A stretch of DNA of 64,000 nt from an uncultured Nitrospirales bacterium (lineage in GTDB: Bacteria > Nitrospirota > Nitrospiria > Nitrospirales > NS-4). A program made the position numbers and the translations under genes. Positions 26,845 through 35,168 of this stretch are shown here, piece after piece. The stretch's first letter is position 1; the number at the start of each line of letters is the position of its first letter. The DNA lies in NCBI GenBank assembly GCA_964472655.1, contig CAYYLQ010000004.1, forward strand, positions 1,912-65,911, in the 5' to 3' direction. The notes beneath the pieces were generated by a model, which saw only the letters and a program-made list of their open reading frames with translations, was not told the origin of the DNA and ran no database searches.

Positions 26845-27008
26845 TAGCCGGGTGGGTTCTTGGTATGGGGGTGTCCGCCCCCATCCGAATTGGTTCCTTG
26901 CTTTGCTTTCGTCAGGCGGCGGAGGTCTCCGTAAACTACCAAGCGAGGAGCACGATACAGTTTTTTGCTGTGACCTGCCGTGTTGGGTTTCGCCTTGTTC
27001 GATTTCAT
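26844..27008 (-). CDS. lasso-peptide precursor (A) candidate, 54 aa, not in the ORF track
   Basis: My hand translation: MKSNKAKPNTAGHSKKLYRAPRLVVYGDLRRLTKAKQGTNSDGGGHPHTKNPPG. AGGAGG lies 6 nt upstream of the ATG. The leader fits YxxPxLxxxGxxxxxT with Thr at position -2. The predicted core is AKQGTNSD... with Asp8. Confidence 0.7.
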   Translation of the reverse strand: MKSNKAKPNTAGHSKKLYRAPRLVVYGDLRRLTKAKQGTNSDGGGHPHTKNPPG

Positions 27009-27009
27009 G

Positions 27010-28977
27010 CTATGCCTCCTGATGCGCCATCATTGCCGATTCTGCATGACCGCGTTTCGTGGCCGTTCCGCGGTGGTTGTTCTCTCCAAAGAAAACTTGC
27101 AGCCAGAGTTCTAACGCAAGGAGATCGCCGAGATCCCAGGCAAGTTCGCACCCGGGCCCTCGGATCCGGTCTTTTAATCGTGCGAATTCTTTCCGCATCA
27201 CCTCTGCCTTCAGATATCCCAACCGGACCGCTGCCCCCTCCGACTCAAGATGGTGAACCAGTTGCGGATAGTCCTGCTCCAGTCCTTCATTCACCAGATC
27301 GGTGAAATCGGCCTTCCAAGTACGACGAACGATGGCGTCCGGGAGCACTCCGCGCATGGCTTCGCGCAACAGCGCCTTGGGCACGCCCTTCCAGGTCTGT
27401 ATCTCTCCCGGGATTCCCATCAGAAAGGTGAGGAGGTCACGATCCAGGAAGGGAAACGCCTTCTCCAGCCCGTGCATGGACGCCACCTTGTTGTTCCATT
27501 CCATACACATGACATGATAGCCCGACCGGGCTTCTTCATAGAGGGAGCGGGCATGAACCGTGGGGAAAGCCTTCCTCATGGCGTGTTGTAGTGAGAGGCC
27601 CAGCCGTGTTCGCTGCCGCAGCTTTTCCCCGTACCAGGGACGATCTCGGTGATTGGGTCGAAGCCGGCGAAGGTAGGGAAGGAGTGCGGGAGGAACATGG
27701 TATTTGACGAGTTCCAGGAAGAAGCGTCGGTAGAAACAGCGCGGGTCCGCGTCGGTCAACCAACGGCCGAATTCCTTCAAATGCGAACGGACTTGGCCCC
27801 ATGCCAACCGTCGAAAGAGGTCAACCAGATAGGCCTGGGGGAAGATCACTTGATCGGCCCAGTGGCCCGTCAGAAGCACCCGGGCCCCGCGCTGGCGGGT
27901 GGTCTGTAAAAAGGCGTGGGTCGTGTTCCATTGTTCGTCCAGGAAGGGGACCTCGACGTGCCACATCTCTTCGTGAGATGCCGTCATGAGCCCCAACTTT
28001 CCCCTGGGAACGCGTTCGATCGCGATTCCGTAATCGCGTTCGATTTCCAGGAGAAACGCTTTTTCATCGGATGCCGATCCCTCGGGAGAAATATAGGAGA
28101 GGCCAAGAATGGGCGGGTACCGACCTGGACTGTGCCGTCCCAGGGTTTCTGCCTGGCATAAAATGGAGGAAGAGTCCAGGCCTCCGCTCACGGAGACCGC
28201 AACTGGATGCGCGCTCCGAAGACGGCGTCGAACCGCCTGCTCAAAGTAATGTCGGAACGCTTCAGCGTACTCCTGAAAGGATTGGAGGCGCGTCTCCCTG
28301 GAGGGTTCAAAGTCCCAGTATTGCCGTGTCTGGAATCCCTGAACTGCAAGGATCGCCAGGTGGGCGGGGAGCAGGCTGAATATCCCTGCAAAGCAGGTCA
28401 GGCCCCGACTATCCGGAGCGCCCGACAGCAAACACTCGCCGAGTATCTCGTCGTTGGGTTTGGTGGAGACATGGGGATGGGCCAGGATCGCCTTGATCTC
28501 AGATGCAAAGAGAAAGAGATTCTGGCTCCTGTAATAGTAAAGAGGCCTGATCCCTATTGCATCACGGGCTAACAGAAGTCGCTGCCGCTTGGGGTCGAAG
28601 AGTCCCAGAGCGAAGTCTCCATTTAAACGTTCGGGGAACCGGTCCCCGAAAACTTCGTATGCGGCCATGACGAGAGCGGAGTCGGGAGACGCAGCGGAAA
28701 GCCCCGGGGACGCCTTGAGGCTCGCGAGGAGGTCGTCGCGGTTGTCGAGACGGCCGTCAAAGACGAGCACGGTTCCTGCTGGATGTAGGAGCGGCTGGGT
28801 CTCGGTGGACGATTCAGGGGTAACCCGTAGGAGCTGGCAGACCAGTCCGACTGGCCCCTGGAGACGCAGCCCTTCGCCGTCCGGCCCTCGGTGAGCCAGC
28901 GTTGCGCTAAGACGCGCGAGGACGGCGCGCTCGACCGGCTGCCCATCGAGGTTCCAGATGCCGAGGATTCCGCTCAA
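27010..28977 (-). CDS. lasso-peptide cyclase (C), asparagine-synthetase-B homologue
   Basis: A TTG start at 28977 gives MSGILGIW... (Ntn position, Ser instead of Cys) and overlaps the B2 stop (TTGA). PP-loop SVSGGLDSS. 655 aa. The upstream 68 codons of the ORF track are rejected. Confidence 0.85.
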   Translation of the reverse strand: MSGILGIWNLDGQPVERAVLARLSATLAHRGPDGEGLRLQGPVGLVCQLLRVTPESSTETQPLLHPAGTVLVFDGRLDNRDDLLASLKASPGLSAASPDSALVMAAYEVFGDRFPERLNGDFALGLFDPKRQRLLLARDAIGIRPLYYYRSQNLFLFASEIKAILAHPHVSTKPNDEILGECLLSGAPDSRGLTCFAGIFSLLPAHLAILAVQGFQTRQYWDFEPSRETRLQSFQEYAEAFRHYFEQAVRRRLRSAHPVAVSVSGGLDSSSILCQAETLGRHSPGRYPPILGLSYISPEGSASDEKAFLLEIERDYGIAIERVPRGKLGLMTASHEEMWHVEVPFLDEQWNTTHAFLQTTRQRGARVLLTGHWADQVIFPQAYLVDLFRRLAWGQVRSHLKEFGRWLTDADPRCFYRRFFLELVKYHVPPALLPYLRRLRPNHRDRPWYGEKLRQRTRLGLSLQHAMRKAFPTVHARSLYEEARSGYHVMCMEWNNKVASMHGLEKAFPFLDRDLLTFLMGIPGEIQTWKGVPKALLREAMRGVLPDAIVRRTWKADFTDLVNEGLEQDYPQLVHHLESEGAAVRLGYLKAEVMRKEFARLKDRIRGPGCELAWDLGDLLALELWLQVFFGENNHRGTATKRGHAESAMMAHQEA

Positions 28978-29423
28978 GGGGCGACCTGCCTGATCATCGG
29001 CGCAGACACGAGTGTTGTGAAGCCGTCCTGTTCCGGTTGTCCGAAGATCACGTGGCCGTTGTTTTCGAGCCACGCGTGGGCGGCGAGGGTCTCTGCGTTG
29101 CGTGCGACTCCGATGTGAAGCGTGACTGCGAGTCCACGCCGTCCGAGGAGCCAGGAAAGGACGAGAGCCTGTTTGAGGCATGTGGCTGCGACAGGGTTGT
29201 AACGGCCGGCGACCTCCACGAGCCAGGCCAGGCGCGGAACGGAAGAAACTGTCTCAGGGTGGGGTTCTCGCTCCTTCCGGTCAACATGGGCGAAGAGTGT
29301 GAGGACGCGTGGAAACGGCAGGAGTTGCATGGCCAGTTCCACGAGGAGAAACAGCGTCCAGGCTTGAACGAGGACGAGACGTTCACTTGGCGGGAGTTGG
29401 AAAAATTTATGAAGCCGTCCCAT
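28974..29423 (-). CDS. lasso-peptide leader protease (B2), transglutaminase-like Cys protease
   Basis: Catalytic-type motifs ATCLKQALV (Cys) and AHAWLE (His). Start is either ATG 29423 (MGRLHKFFQLPPSERL) or 29465. Confidence 0.8.
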   Translation of the reverse strand: MGRLHKFFQLPPSERLVLVQAWTLFLLVELAMQLLPFPRVLTLFAHVDRKEREPHPETVSSVPRLAWLVEVAGRYNPVAATCLKQALVLSWLLGRRGLAVTLHIGVARNAETLAAHAWLENNGHVIFGQPEQDGFTTLVSAPMIRQVAP

Positions 29424-29706
29424 TGTAAACTTCGACCAATCCTTTCTCCTGCATTTGGACCACAAGGCTGAAAAGATCTTTTGCGCACTGGGTTTTGGTC
29501 ACCGCATAATCTTCCAGCAATGCATCGAGAATCTTCTCGAGAGACTGCTGTTCTTGGAGCAGATGCCAGATCCTCGTCCCTACCTGGTCGAGGCCGAAAT
29601 AGACGCCGGTATTGAGGTTCAGGATGACCGCTTCTCCCCGAAGATTGTGGGAGAGGACGCCTTCTGGGACTCGCAGACGTGATGCCAGAGAAAGGCCGCG
29701 CTCCAT
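29407..29706 (-). CDS. PqqD-family RiPP recognition element (B1)
   Basis: 99 aa from ATG 29706. ...LRGEAVILNLNTGVYFGLDQVGTRIWHLL... is PqqD-like. The GTG at 29769 lies upstream of the predicted -10 and is rejected. Confidence 0.8.
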   Translation of the reverse strand: MERGLSLASRLRVPEGVLSHNLRGEAVILNLNTGVYFGLDQVGTRIWHLLQEQQSLEKILDALLEDYAVTKTQCAKDLFSLVVQMQEKGLVEVYNGTAS

Positions 29707-29754
29707 GAGCGAGAGTCCTCTAGGTTTAGAGGGCGTCGAGGTCTTGAAGCTAAG

Positions 29755-29783
29755 AAGGTATCCTCTCACTCAACCCATGTCAA
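29755..29783 (-). promoter_or_regulatory. candidate promoter of the lasso operon
   Basis: Minus strand reads TTGACA-N17-TACCTT, about 45 nt upstream of the B1 ATG. Confidence 0.3.
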
Positions 29784-29875
29784 GACTGCGTGGCCCAGAC
29801 ACCGGCCGGAGTAGGACACCGCGGGACAGTTACTCCCGCCTCGCGCGCTTTGTTGTCGTCTCCGCCTGTGTTACT

Positions 29876-31009
29876 ATGGCGCTCATGAGTTTCTGGAATG
29901 ACATTGCGCAGCCGATCATCGGCCTCTCGCCCATGGACGGGGTGACCGACCCGGCGTTCCGGTTCATCGTGGCCAAGTACGGCAAGCCGGATGTCCAGGT
30001 CACCGAGTTCATCAACGTGGACGAAGTCTGTCACGGCGGCGACGCGGCCTGGGGTCAGCTGCACTATGCCGAGATCGAGCGGCCGGTCGTCGCCCAGATC
30101 TACGGCGCCGATCCCGCCAAGTTCTACCGGGTGGCGCAGGTGGTCTGCGAGCTGGGCTTCGACGGCGTGGACATCAACATGGGCTGTCCTTCGAAGAACG
30201 TCTCCGCGCGCGGCTGCGGGGCGGCGCTGATCAAGAACCCGCCGCTGGCGCGGGAGATCATCCGCGCGGTCCAGGCCGGCGTGAGTGATTGGGCGTCGGG
30301 GCACCGTCTTGACGCCCTCGGCCTGCGCCCTCGAGTGGTGGAACGGGTGAACGCGCTCGTGTCTGGACGAACGGGCGCTGGCATGAAGTCCCGCAGGCTC
30401 ATCCCGGTTTCCGTCAAGACGCGTCTCGGCTACGATTCGGTGGTCATCGAGGATTGGGTGTCGATCCTTCTGGAGGAACGGCCTGCAGCGATCTCCATCC
30501 ACGGCCGGACGCTGGCCCAGATGTACCGGGGGCAGGCCGATTGGGGGGCGATCGCCCGTGCGGCCAAGCTCGTCCGCGAGACTCCAACCCTGGTGCTCGG
30601 GAACGGGGATGTGGAGTCGATGGCGGATCTGGTCAGCAAGGTGAGAGACGCCCACGTTCACGGCGTGCTCATCGGGCGAAGCGCGCTCGGCAATCCCTGG
30701 ATCTTTCTCGCCAAGGCCTGGGCCAAGGCACAGGTGAATGACGCGAGGATCGCCGAACCCTTGTCCGACGTTCCTTTGCAGGAGCGGTTCCGGGTCGCGC
30801 TCGAGCACGCCCGCTATTTTGAAGCCCTCGGCGGGGCCTCGCGGTTTGCGGCCATGCGCAAGCACCTGGGCTGGTACTGCACCGGCTTCTTCAAAGCGGC
30901 TGAGGTCCGCGCGCGGATGTTCCGCGCCACCAGCTCGCACGATGTGGAGCAGATCCTCGCCGGGATCGTTACAGACGTTTCCGAGCCCGTCGGCGGTCTT
31001 CCAGCTTGA
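29876..31009 (+). CDS. tRNA-dihydrouridine synthase
   Basis: LSPMDGVTDPAFR, DINMGCP and HGRT motifs of the Dus TIM-barrel flavoenzyme family. I chose the internal ATG. Confidence 0.85.
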   Translation: MALMSFWNDIAQPIIGLSPMDGVTDPAFRFIVAKYGKPDVQVTEFINVDEVCHGGDAAWGQLHYAEIERPVVAQIYGADPAKFYRVAQVVCELGFDGVDINMGCPSKNVSARGCGAALIKNPPLAREIIRAVQAGVSDWASGHRLDALGLRPRVVERVNALVSGRTGAGMKSRRLIPVSVKTRLGYDSVVIEDWVSILLEERPAAISIHGRTLAQMYRGQADWGAIARAAKLVRETPTLVLGNGDVESMADLVSKVRDAHVHGVLIGRSALGNPWIFLAKAWAKAQVNDARIAEPLSDVPLQERFRVALEHARYFEALGGASRFAAMRKHLGWYCTGFFKAAEVRARMFRATSSHDVEQILAGIVTDVSEPVGGLPA

Positions 31010-31629
31010 CCATCGTTCTGGCTTCGACTTCCCCCCGGCGCTATCAGATCCTGTCGCTGCTCAACCTGCCCTTTCTGATGGTGCCCCCTGACGGCGCCGA
31101 AGTCGTGACCGCCGGACATTCACCGGCCGAAGAAACGCTCTTTCAGGCCCGGCGCAAGGCCGCCTCGCTGGCCGTCCGATTCCCGGAGGCGATGCTCATC
31201 GGCAGCGATACCCTCATCAGCTTCGAAGGGGCCAAGATCGGCAAGCCGCGGGATTCCGCTGACGCGCGGGCCATCCTCCGGCGCTTGCGGGGCAGGACAC
31301 ATGAAGTGGTGACCGCCGTGGCGATGATGAAGGGCACGCGCGCGATCGAGGCCGTCGAGACGGCGCAGGTCTTCATGCGGGAGTTCAGCGACGAGGAGCT
31401 GGAGACTTACCTGGCGACCGGCGATTCTCTCGACAAGGCCGGCGCATACTCGGTACAGGGGCTGGGACGGAACCTGATCGCCGGGGTGGACGGCGACTAT
31501 CTTGCGGTGGTGGGGCTGCCGCTGCGAGCCGTCGCTGCAGGCCTGCAGAGCATGGGCTGCGCTGTGCCGGCGGATCTCGACCGGCTCTACCGCGAGCGCG
31601 CGGTCCTCAACTGGCGGACGTGTCCCTGA
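31006..31629 (+). CDS. maf: Maf-like nucleoside-triphosphate pyrophosphatase
   Basis: TTG start overlaps the dus stop. IVLASTSPRR and GAYSVQG motifs. Confidence 0.85.
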   Translation: MTIVLASTSPRRYQILSLLNLPFLMVPPDGAEVVTAGHSPAEETLFQARRKAASLAVRFPEAMLIGSDTLISFEGAKIGKPRDSADARAILRRLRGRTHEVVTAVAMMKGTRAIEAVETAQVFMREFSDEELETYLATGDSLDKAGAYSVQGLGRNLIAGVDGDYLAVVGLPLRAVAAGLQSMGCAVPADLDRLYRERAVLNWRTCP

Positions 31630-32224
31630 CCGTCCCGCCGGGGAGAGCGGCCGGCCGCGGGATATACAGGCCGGCGGAGAATTCCATCTTCATCGCGTCA
31701 TGGAATCCCATCGTCAGCGGGATCAATTCGTGGTTGAGCACGAGGGCCAGATATCCCGTAAAGGGGTGGGGCGCGGTGGGGACGAAGATCAGGCTCAGCC
31801 GGCCTTGAGGCGCGAGCTGGAGCGCGGCAGGGGCTTCGCCCATGAGGAGGCCGATGGCGTAAAGACCCTGCCGCGGGAACGGCAGGAGGACGATCCGGTT
31901 TTCCCGCTGGCGATCCATGAAGGCGAAAATGTCGGTCACGGACTTGAAGGTCGTGTAGATGCTCCGGACCAGCGGAACGCGCAGGAGCGCCTTCTCGGAC
32001 GATTTCAGGAGACGCTCGCCCAGCAGGTTGGACGCGAGGGCCCCGGTGATCAGAATCACCAGGAGGAGCGCGAGCACTCCCAGCCCCGGGATCGAGGAAC
32101 TGACGCCCGGCCCGAACAGATCGCCGAGCGCGCCGTCCAGGGTCGTAAACAGCGTCTTGAGAACGAAGAGCGTGCCCCAGATGGGCACGATGACGACGAG
32201 GCCCGTCAGAAAGTGGCGTCGCAA
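31607..32224 (-). CDS. DUF502 family membrane protein
   Basis: N-terminus MRRHFLTGLVVIVPIWGTLFVL... and overall pattern are typical of DUF502. TTG start. Confidence 0.7.
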   Translation of the reverse strand: MRRHFLTGLVVIVPIWGTLFVLKTLFTTLDGALGDLFGPGVSSSIPGLGVLALLLVILITGALASNLLGERLLKSSEKALLRVPLVRSIYTTFKSVTDIFAFMDRQRENRIVLLPFPRQGLYAIGLLMGEAPAALQLAPQGRLSLIFVPTAPHPFTGYLALVLNHELIPLTMGFHDAMKMEFSAGLYIPRPAALPGGTVRDTSAS

Positions 32225-32232
32225 CGGAGCCG

Positions 32233-32928
32233 TTATTCCAGGATGACGGCGGTGCCGATCAGGGTGACGATCGCGAGGGGACCTTGCGCCGGCAGCACTT
32301 CAAGGCGTGCGCCGACGACGCCATTGCCGCCCCGTTCGAGGGCCTCGGTTTTCAAGTCGGCGATGGCCAGATCAATGGCCTTGCGCAGCCGGAGCCCGAC
32401 CACCCCCCCGCTCAGACGCTGGATGTGCTGCCCTTCCGGCAACAGTTCTTTCGACTCACCGACACGAACGATGACGGTGGCGGCCACAAGCCCGGCGTAA
32501 CCTGCGATACGCTGGCCTTCAAACACGAACTGAGTCGTTACCGGGATGGATGCCTGCTGCAGGGTGACCGGCGGAGGCGCGGAGGCAGAAGGCGCGGCTG
32601 GCGGAGGTGCGGCCGGCTGAGCCGCGCGCGCCATGACAGGCGCCGATTCCAATTTATTGATCCGTTCCAGAAAATCGTCCGTGTCCGGAGAAGTCGCACG
32701 GGGTGCCTGCGCCGCGGCCTTCTCCTTCTGCTTGCCTTTGCCTTTTTTCTCAACGGACGGGAGCATCTCCCTGATGGAGGCAAGCGGGTCAGATTTCTCT
32801 TCGTATGGGGGAGGTTCCGGTATCGCCGGTTTGGAGGCCGGAAGCACGCCGGGCTTGCTGGGGTCGTAGCCGCAATTGATGCAGATTTTTCCGGGCAAGA
32901 GACCGATCCCGCAGAGTGGACACGTCAT
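32233..32928 (-). CDS. zinc-ribbon protein with Pro/Ala-rich linker and YbjQ-like C-terminal domain
   Basis: N-terminal CPLC...CINC, low-complexity linker, C-terminal ~100 aa resembling UPF0145/YbjQ. GGAGG RBS. Confidence 0.5.
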   Translation of the reverse strand: MTCPLCGIGLLPGKICINCGYDPSKPGVLPASKPAIPEPPPYEEKSDPLASIREMLPSVEKKGKGKQKEKAAAQAPRATSPDTDDFLERINKLESAPVMARAAQPAAPPPAAPSASAPPPVTLQQASIPVTTQFVFEGQRIAGYAGLVAATVIVRVGESKELLPEGQHIQRLSGGVVGLRLRKAIDLAIADLKTEALERGGNGVVGARLEVLPAQGPLAIVTLIGTAVILE

Positions 32929-32943
32929 CGCTCGCCTCCGTTC

Positions 32944-33774
32944 TTACCTGACACGTTGAGAGTCGGGCAGCGGCCGGACACCGAGGTGATCGGCCAGGAT
33001 GTATTTGTCCAGAAAGGTCAGGGTCCGGGCCCAGGCTTCCGCCGCCGCCGCGGCATTATAGACCTCCGGCCTCGTGTCGTTGAAGAAGGCATGCGAAGTG
33101 CCGGGGTAGGTGTGGATTTCGCAGACTACCTTTCTCGCGGCCAAGGTGCGGGCCAGATACTCCACTTCGTCCCGGGTGATCCAGTCGTCGTGTTCCGCTT
33201 GGTGATAGAGCACGGGACATTGCAGGGTCGCCAGCGATTCCCGGGGCACTTTCCCGTAAAACGCCACCACCGCCCGCAGTTGACGCCTCGCGCAGGCGTA
33301 GCCGAGAGCGTTGGAGCCTCCCATGCAGAAACCGAGGACCGCGAGCCGGTTCTTTTTCACGTACTCCTGGAAGTTCAAGTATTCGCAGGCGGCGCCCAAG
33401 TCCTGCGTCAGTTCGGAGATCTTCACCTTGCCCATGAGCTGAGCGGCGGCCGCGGCATCGCTCGTGACCGCCCCCCCGATCCGGCTGTATTGATCCACCA
33501 CCAGCGCCACGTAGCCGTGCTGGGCCAGCCGGAAGGCGAGATCCTGAAAGTGGGCGTTCATGCCCCACCACTCGTGGAGGAGGATTACGGCGGGAAACGG
33601 CCCGCCTTTCTGCGGCCAGGCCTGGAATCCCCGGATGAACACCTGCTTGGCGGTCTTGGTGGGCGCGTAGGGATCGATGGCCACGTCCAGGATGTCGGGC
33701 ATGCCGGCCGCGGGGATGCGGACGGCGGAGGAACCGATATCCTTGCGGTCATGCTTGGGGGGCGAAACGGGCAT
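32944..33774 (-). CDS. dienelactone hydrolase family protein
   Basis: VILLHEWWGMN and the nucleophile elbow GFCMGG. I chose ATG 33774, directly after the upstream gene's stop. Confidence 0.8.
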   Translation of the reverse strand: MPVSPPKHDRKDIGSSAVRIPAAGMPDILDVAIDPYAPTKTAKQVFIRGFQAWPQKGGPFPAVILLHEWWGMNAHFQDLAFRLAQHGYVALVVDQYSRIGGAVTSDAAAAAQLMGKVKISELTQDLGAACEYLNFQEYVKKNRLAVLGFCMGGSNALGYACARRQLRAVVAFYGKVPRESLATLQCPVLYHQAEHDDWITRDEVEYLARTLAARKVVCEIHTYPGTSHAFFNDTRPEVYNAAAAAEAWARTLTFLDKYILADHLGVRPLPDSQRVR

Positions 33775-33776
33775 TG

Positions 33777-34613
33777 TTATTTCTTCACGCTCCCGGCGTC
33801 GATATTGATGAACGGCATGGCTCCGCTGCCCCCGATCACCTGGGGGAATTTTCCGTCCCATTTTTCGATCGCCCGGAGCTGCAGGATGATCGGGCTGATC
33901 GTTTCTTTCTGGATCCGCTGAGATTCGGCCTCCGCCTTGGCCTGGACGACCTTCTGCTGCCCTTCGATCTTGACCCGCTCCAGGTCCCGCTGGGCCTTCA
34001 AGGCCAGCTGCTCGGCCGTCTGCTTGGACTCGATCGCCTCGTTGAAGATTTTCGAGAACTGGAAATCCGTGATGTTCAATTCGTCCATCGAAATGTGCGA
34101 GGTCATCAACCGCTTGTGGAGGGCGGTTTTGATCTCCTCCTTGACGATCTGGCGCTTCGTGATCAACTCTTCGGCCGTGAACTCGGCGCAGACGGCCTTG
34201 ACGATCTCCTGCACGGCCGGATCGATGATGCGCTTTTCGTATTCCAGGCCGATGTCCTGATAGATCTTGTTCACCTTGTCGGGGAACAGATGGAAGTTCA
34301 GCACGATTTCGGTGCCGACCGTCTGAAGGTCCTTGGAGGCGGCGGTGGCCCGGGTGTCCGACTTGCGGATCCGGACGTCCATCTTGATGACCCGCTCGAC
34401 GACCGGCAGGATGAAGGAAAATCCTTCGCCGAGGATCTTCTGATCCACGCCGTGGAGCTGGTTGAACACCACGCCGCGCTCGCCGGCTCCCACGACGACG
34501 AACGGGGAGAAGACCCAGACCAGAAAGAGAACCGCGGCCACGATCACGAAGGGGCTCATCCGCTTTAACCCGGGCACTTCGCTCAAGGGGTCGAAATCTT
34601 TGTTCAAGGCCAT
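33777..34613 (-). CDS. SPFH/prohibitin (band 7) family membrane protein
   Basis: N-terminal TM helix, SPFH core and coiled-coil AEAESQRI region. GGAG RBS. Confidence 0.85.
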   Translation of the reverse strand: MALNKDFDPLSEVPGLKRMSPFVIVAAVLFLVWVFSPFVVVGAGERGVVFNQLHGVDQKILGEGFSFILPVVERVIKMDVRIRKSDTRATAASKDLQTVGTEIVLNFHLFPDKVNKIYQDIGLEYEKRIIDPAVQEIVKAVCAEFTAEELITKRQIVKEEIKTALHKRLMTSHISMDELNITDFQFSKIFNEAIESKQTAEQLALKAQRDLERVKIEGQQKVVQAKAEAESQRIQKETISPIILQLRAIEKWDGKFPQVIGGSGAMPFINIDAGSVKK

Positions 34614-34641
34614 AGTCGTCTCCGTTCCAGCCGGGGCCGGC

Positions 34642-34815
34642 TTATTCGCTGCTGCCCAGCATGTCGTCGATCAGCGGTCGGTTGCGGTCGTAGCAATTGG
34701 GGCATACGTGGTCGAACACGGCGTCATGATCGGACGCGACGTTGCGCGCGTCCACGAGCTTTTCCGCCAGGATGGTTTCGTAGCACGGATCGCAAACCTG
34801 AAACGGCCCTCGCAT
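34642..34815 (-). CDS. small Cys-rich (CxxC...CxxC) protein
   Basis: 57 aa from the internal ATG: MRGPFQVCDPCYE...VCPNCYD. The longer ORF is Arg-rich junk overlapping the next gene. Confidence 0.4.
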   Translation of the reverse strand: MRGPFQVCDPCYETILAEKLVDARNVASDHDAVFDHVCPNCYDRNRPLIDDMLGSSE

Positions 34816-34859
34816 GAGGCTGATGGTGCGCACGGTGGTTGTCCGTCTGGTGCGACGGA

Positions 34860-35096
34860 TCAGGTTTCGGCGACGATGTGCGTGTCGGTCTCTTCTACGC
34901 CGTCGATGGTATGGATCTTCGAAATGACGACGTCGGACAGGGCCTTTTCGTCGTGCACCTCGATGAAGCTGAAGACGTCCGGTTGGCCGAAGCAAGGGTG
35001 AACCTGCTGGACTCCGGGGAGAGCCTTCAGGGACTTCACCACGTCTTTGGTTTTGCCCGCCTTGACCTTGATGAGGATATAGGCTTTGGTCGCCAT
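34860..35096 (-). CDS. Lrp/AsnC ligand-binding-domain small protein
   Basis: 78 aa. MATKAYILIKVKAGKTKDVVKSLKALPGV... pattern. GGAGGGAG RBS. Confidence 0.6.
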   Translation of the reverse strand: MATKAYILIKVKAGKTKDVVKSLKALPGVQQVHPCFGQPDVFSFIEVHDEKALSDVVISKIHTIDGVEETDTHIVAET

Positions 35097-35168
35097 GTGC
35101 CTCCCTCCACTCAAATTGTAGGCCGAATCATAGCAGATCATCGAGGATGAATAAAAGGGCCTGAGCGG

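Noticed and set aside
28978-29181. The ORF track extends the cyclase upstream by 68 codons (MPQTGSRPFLAPRTAW...).
   Set aside because: The extension overlaps B2 and is Arg/Pro-rich. The TTG at 28977 gives the conserved MSGI... N-terminus and a TTGA junction with B2.
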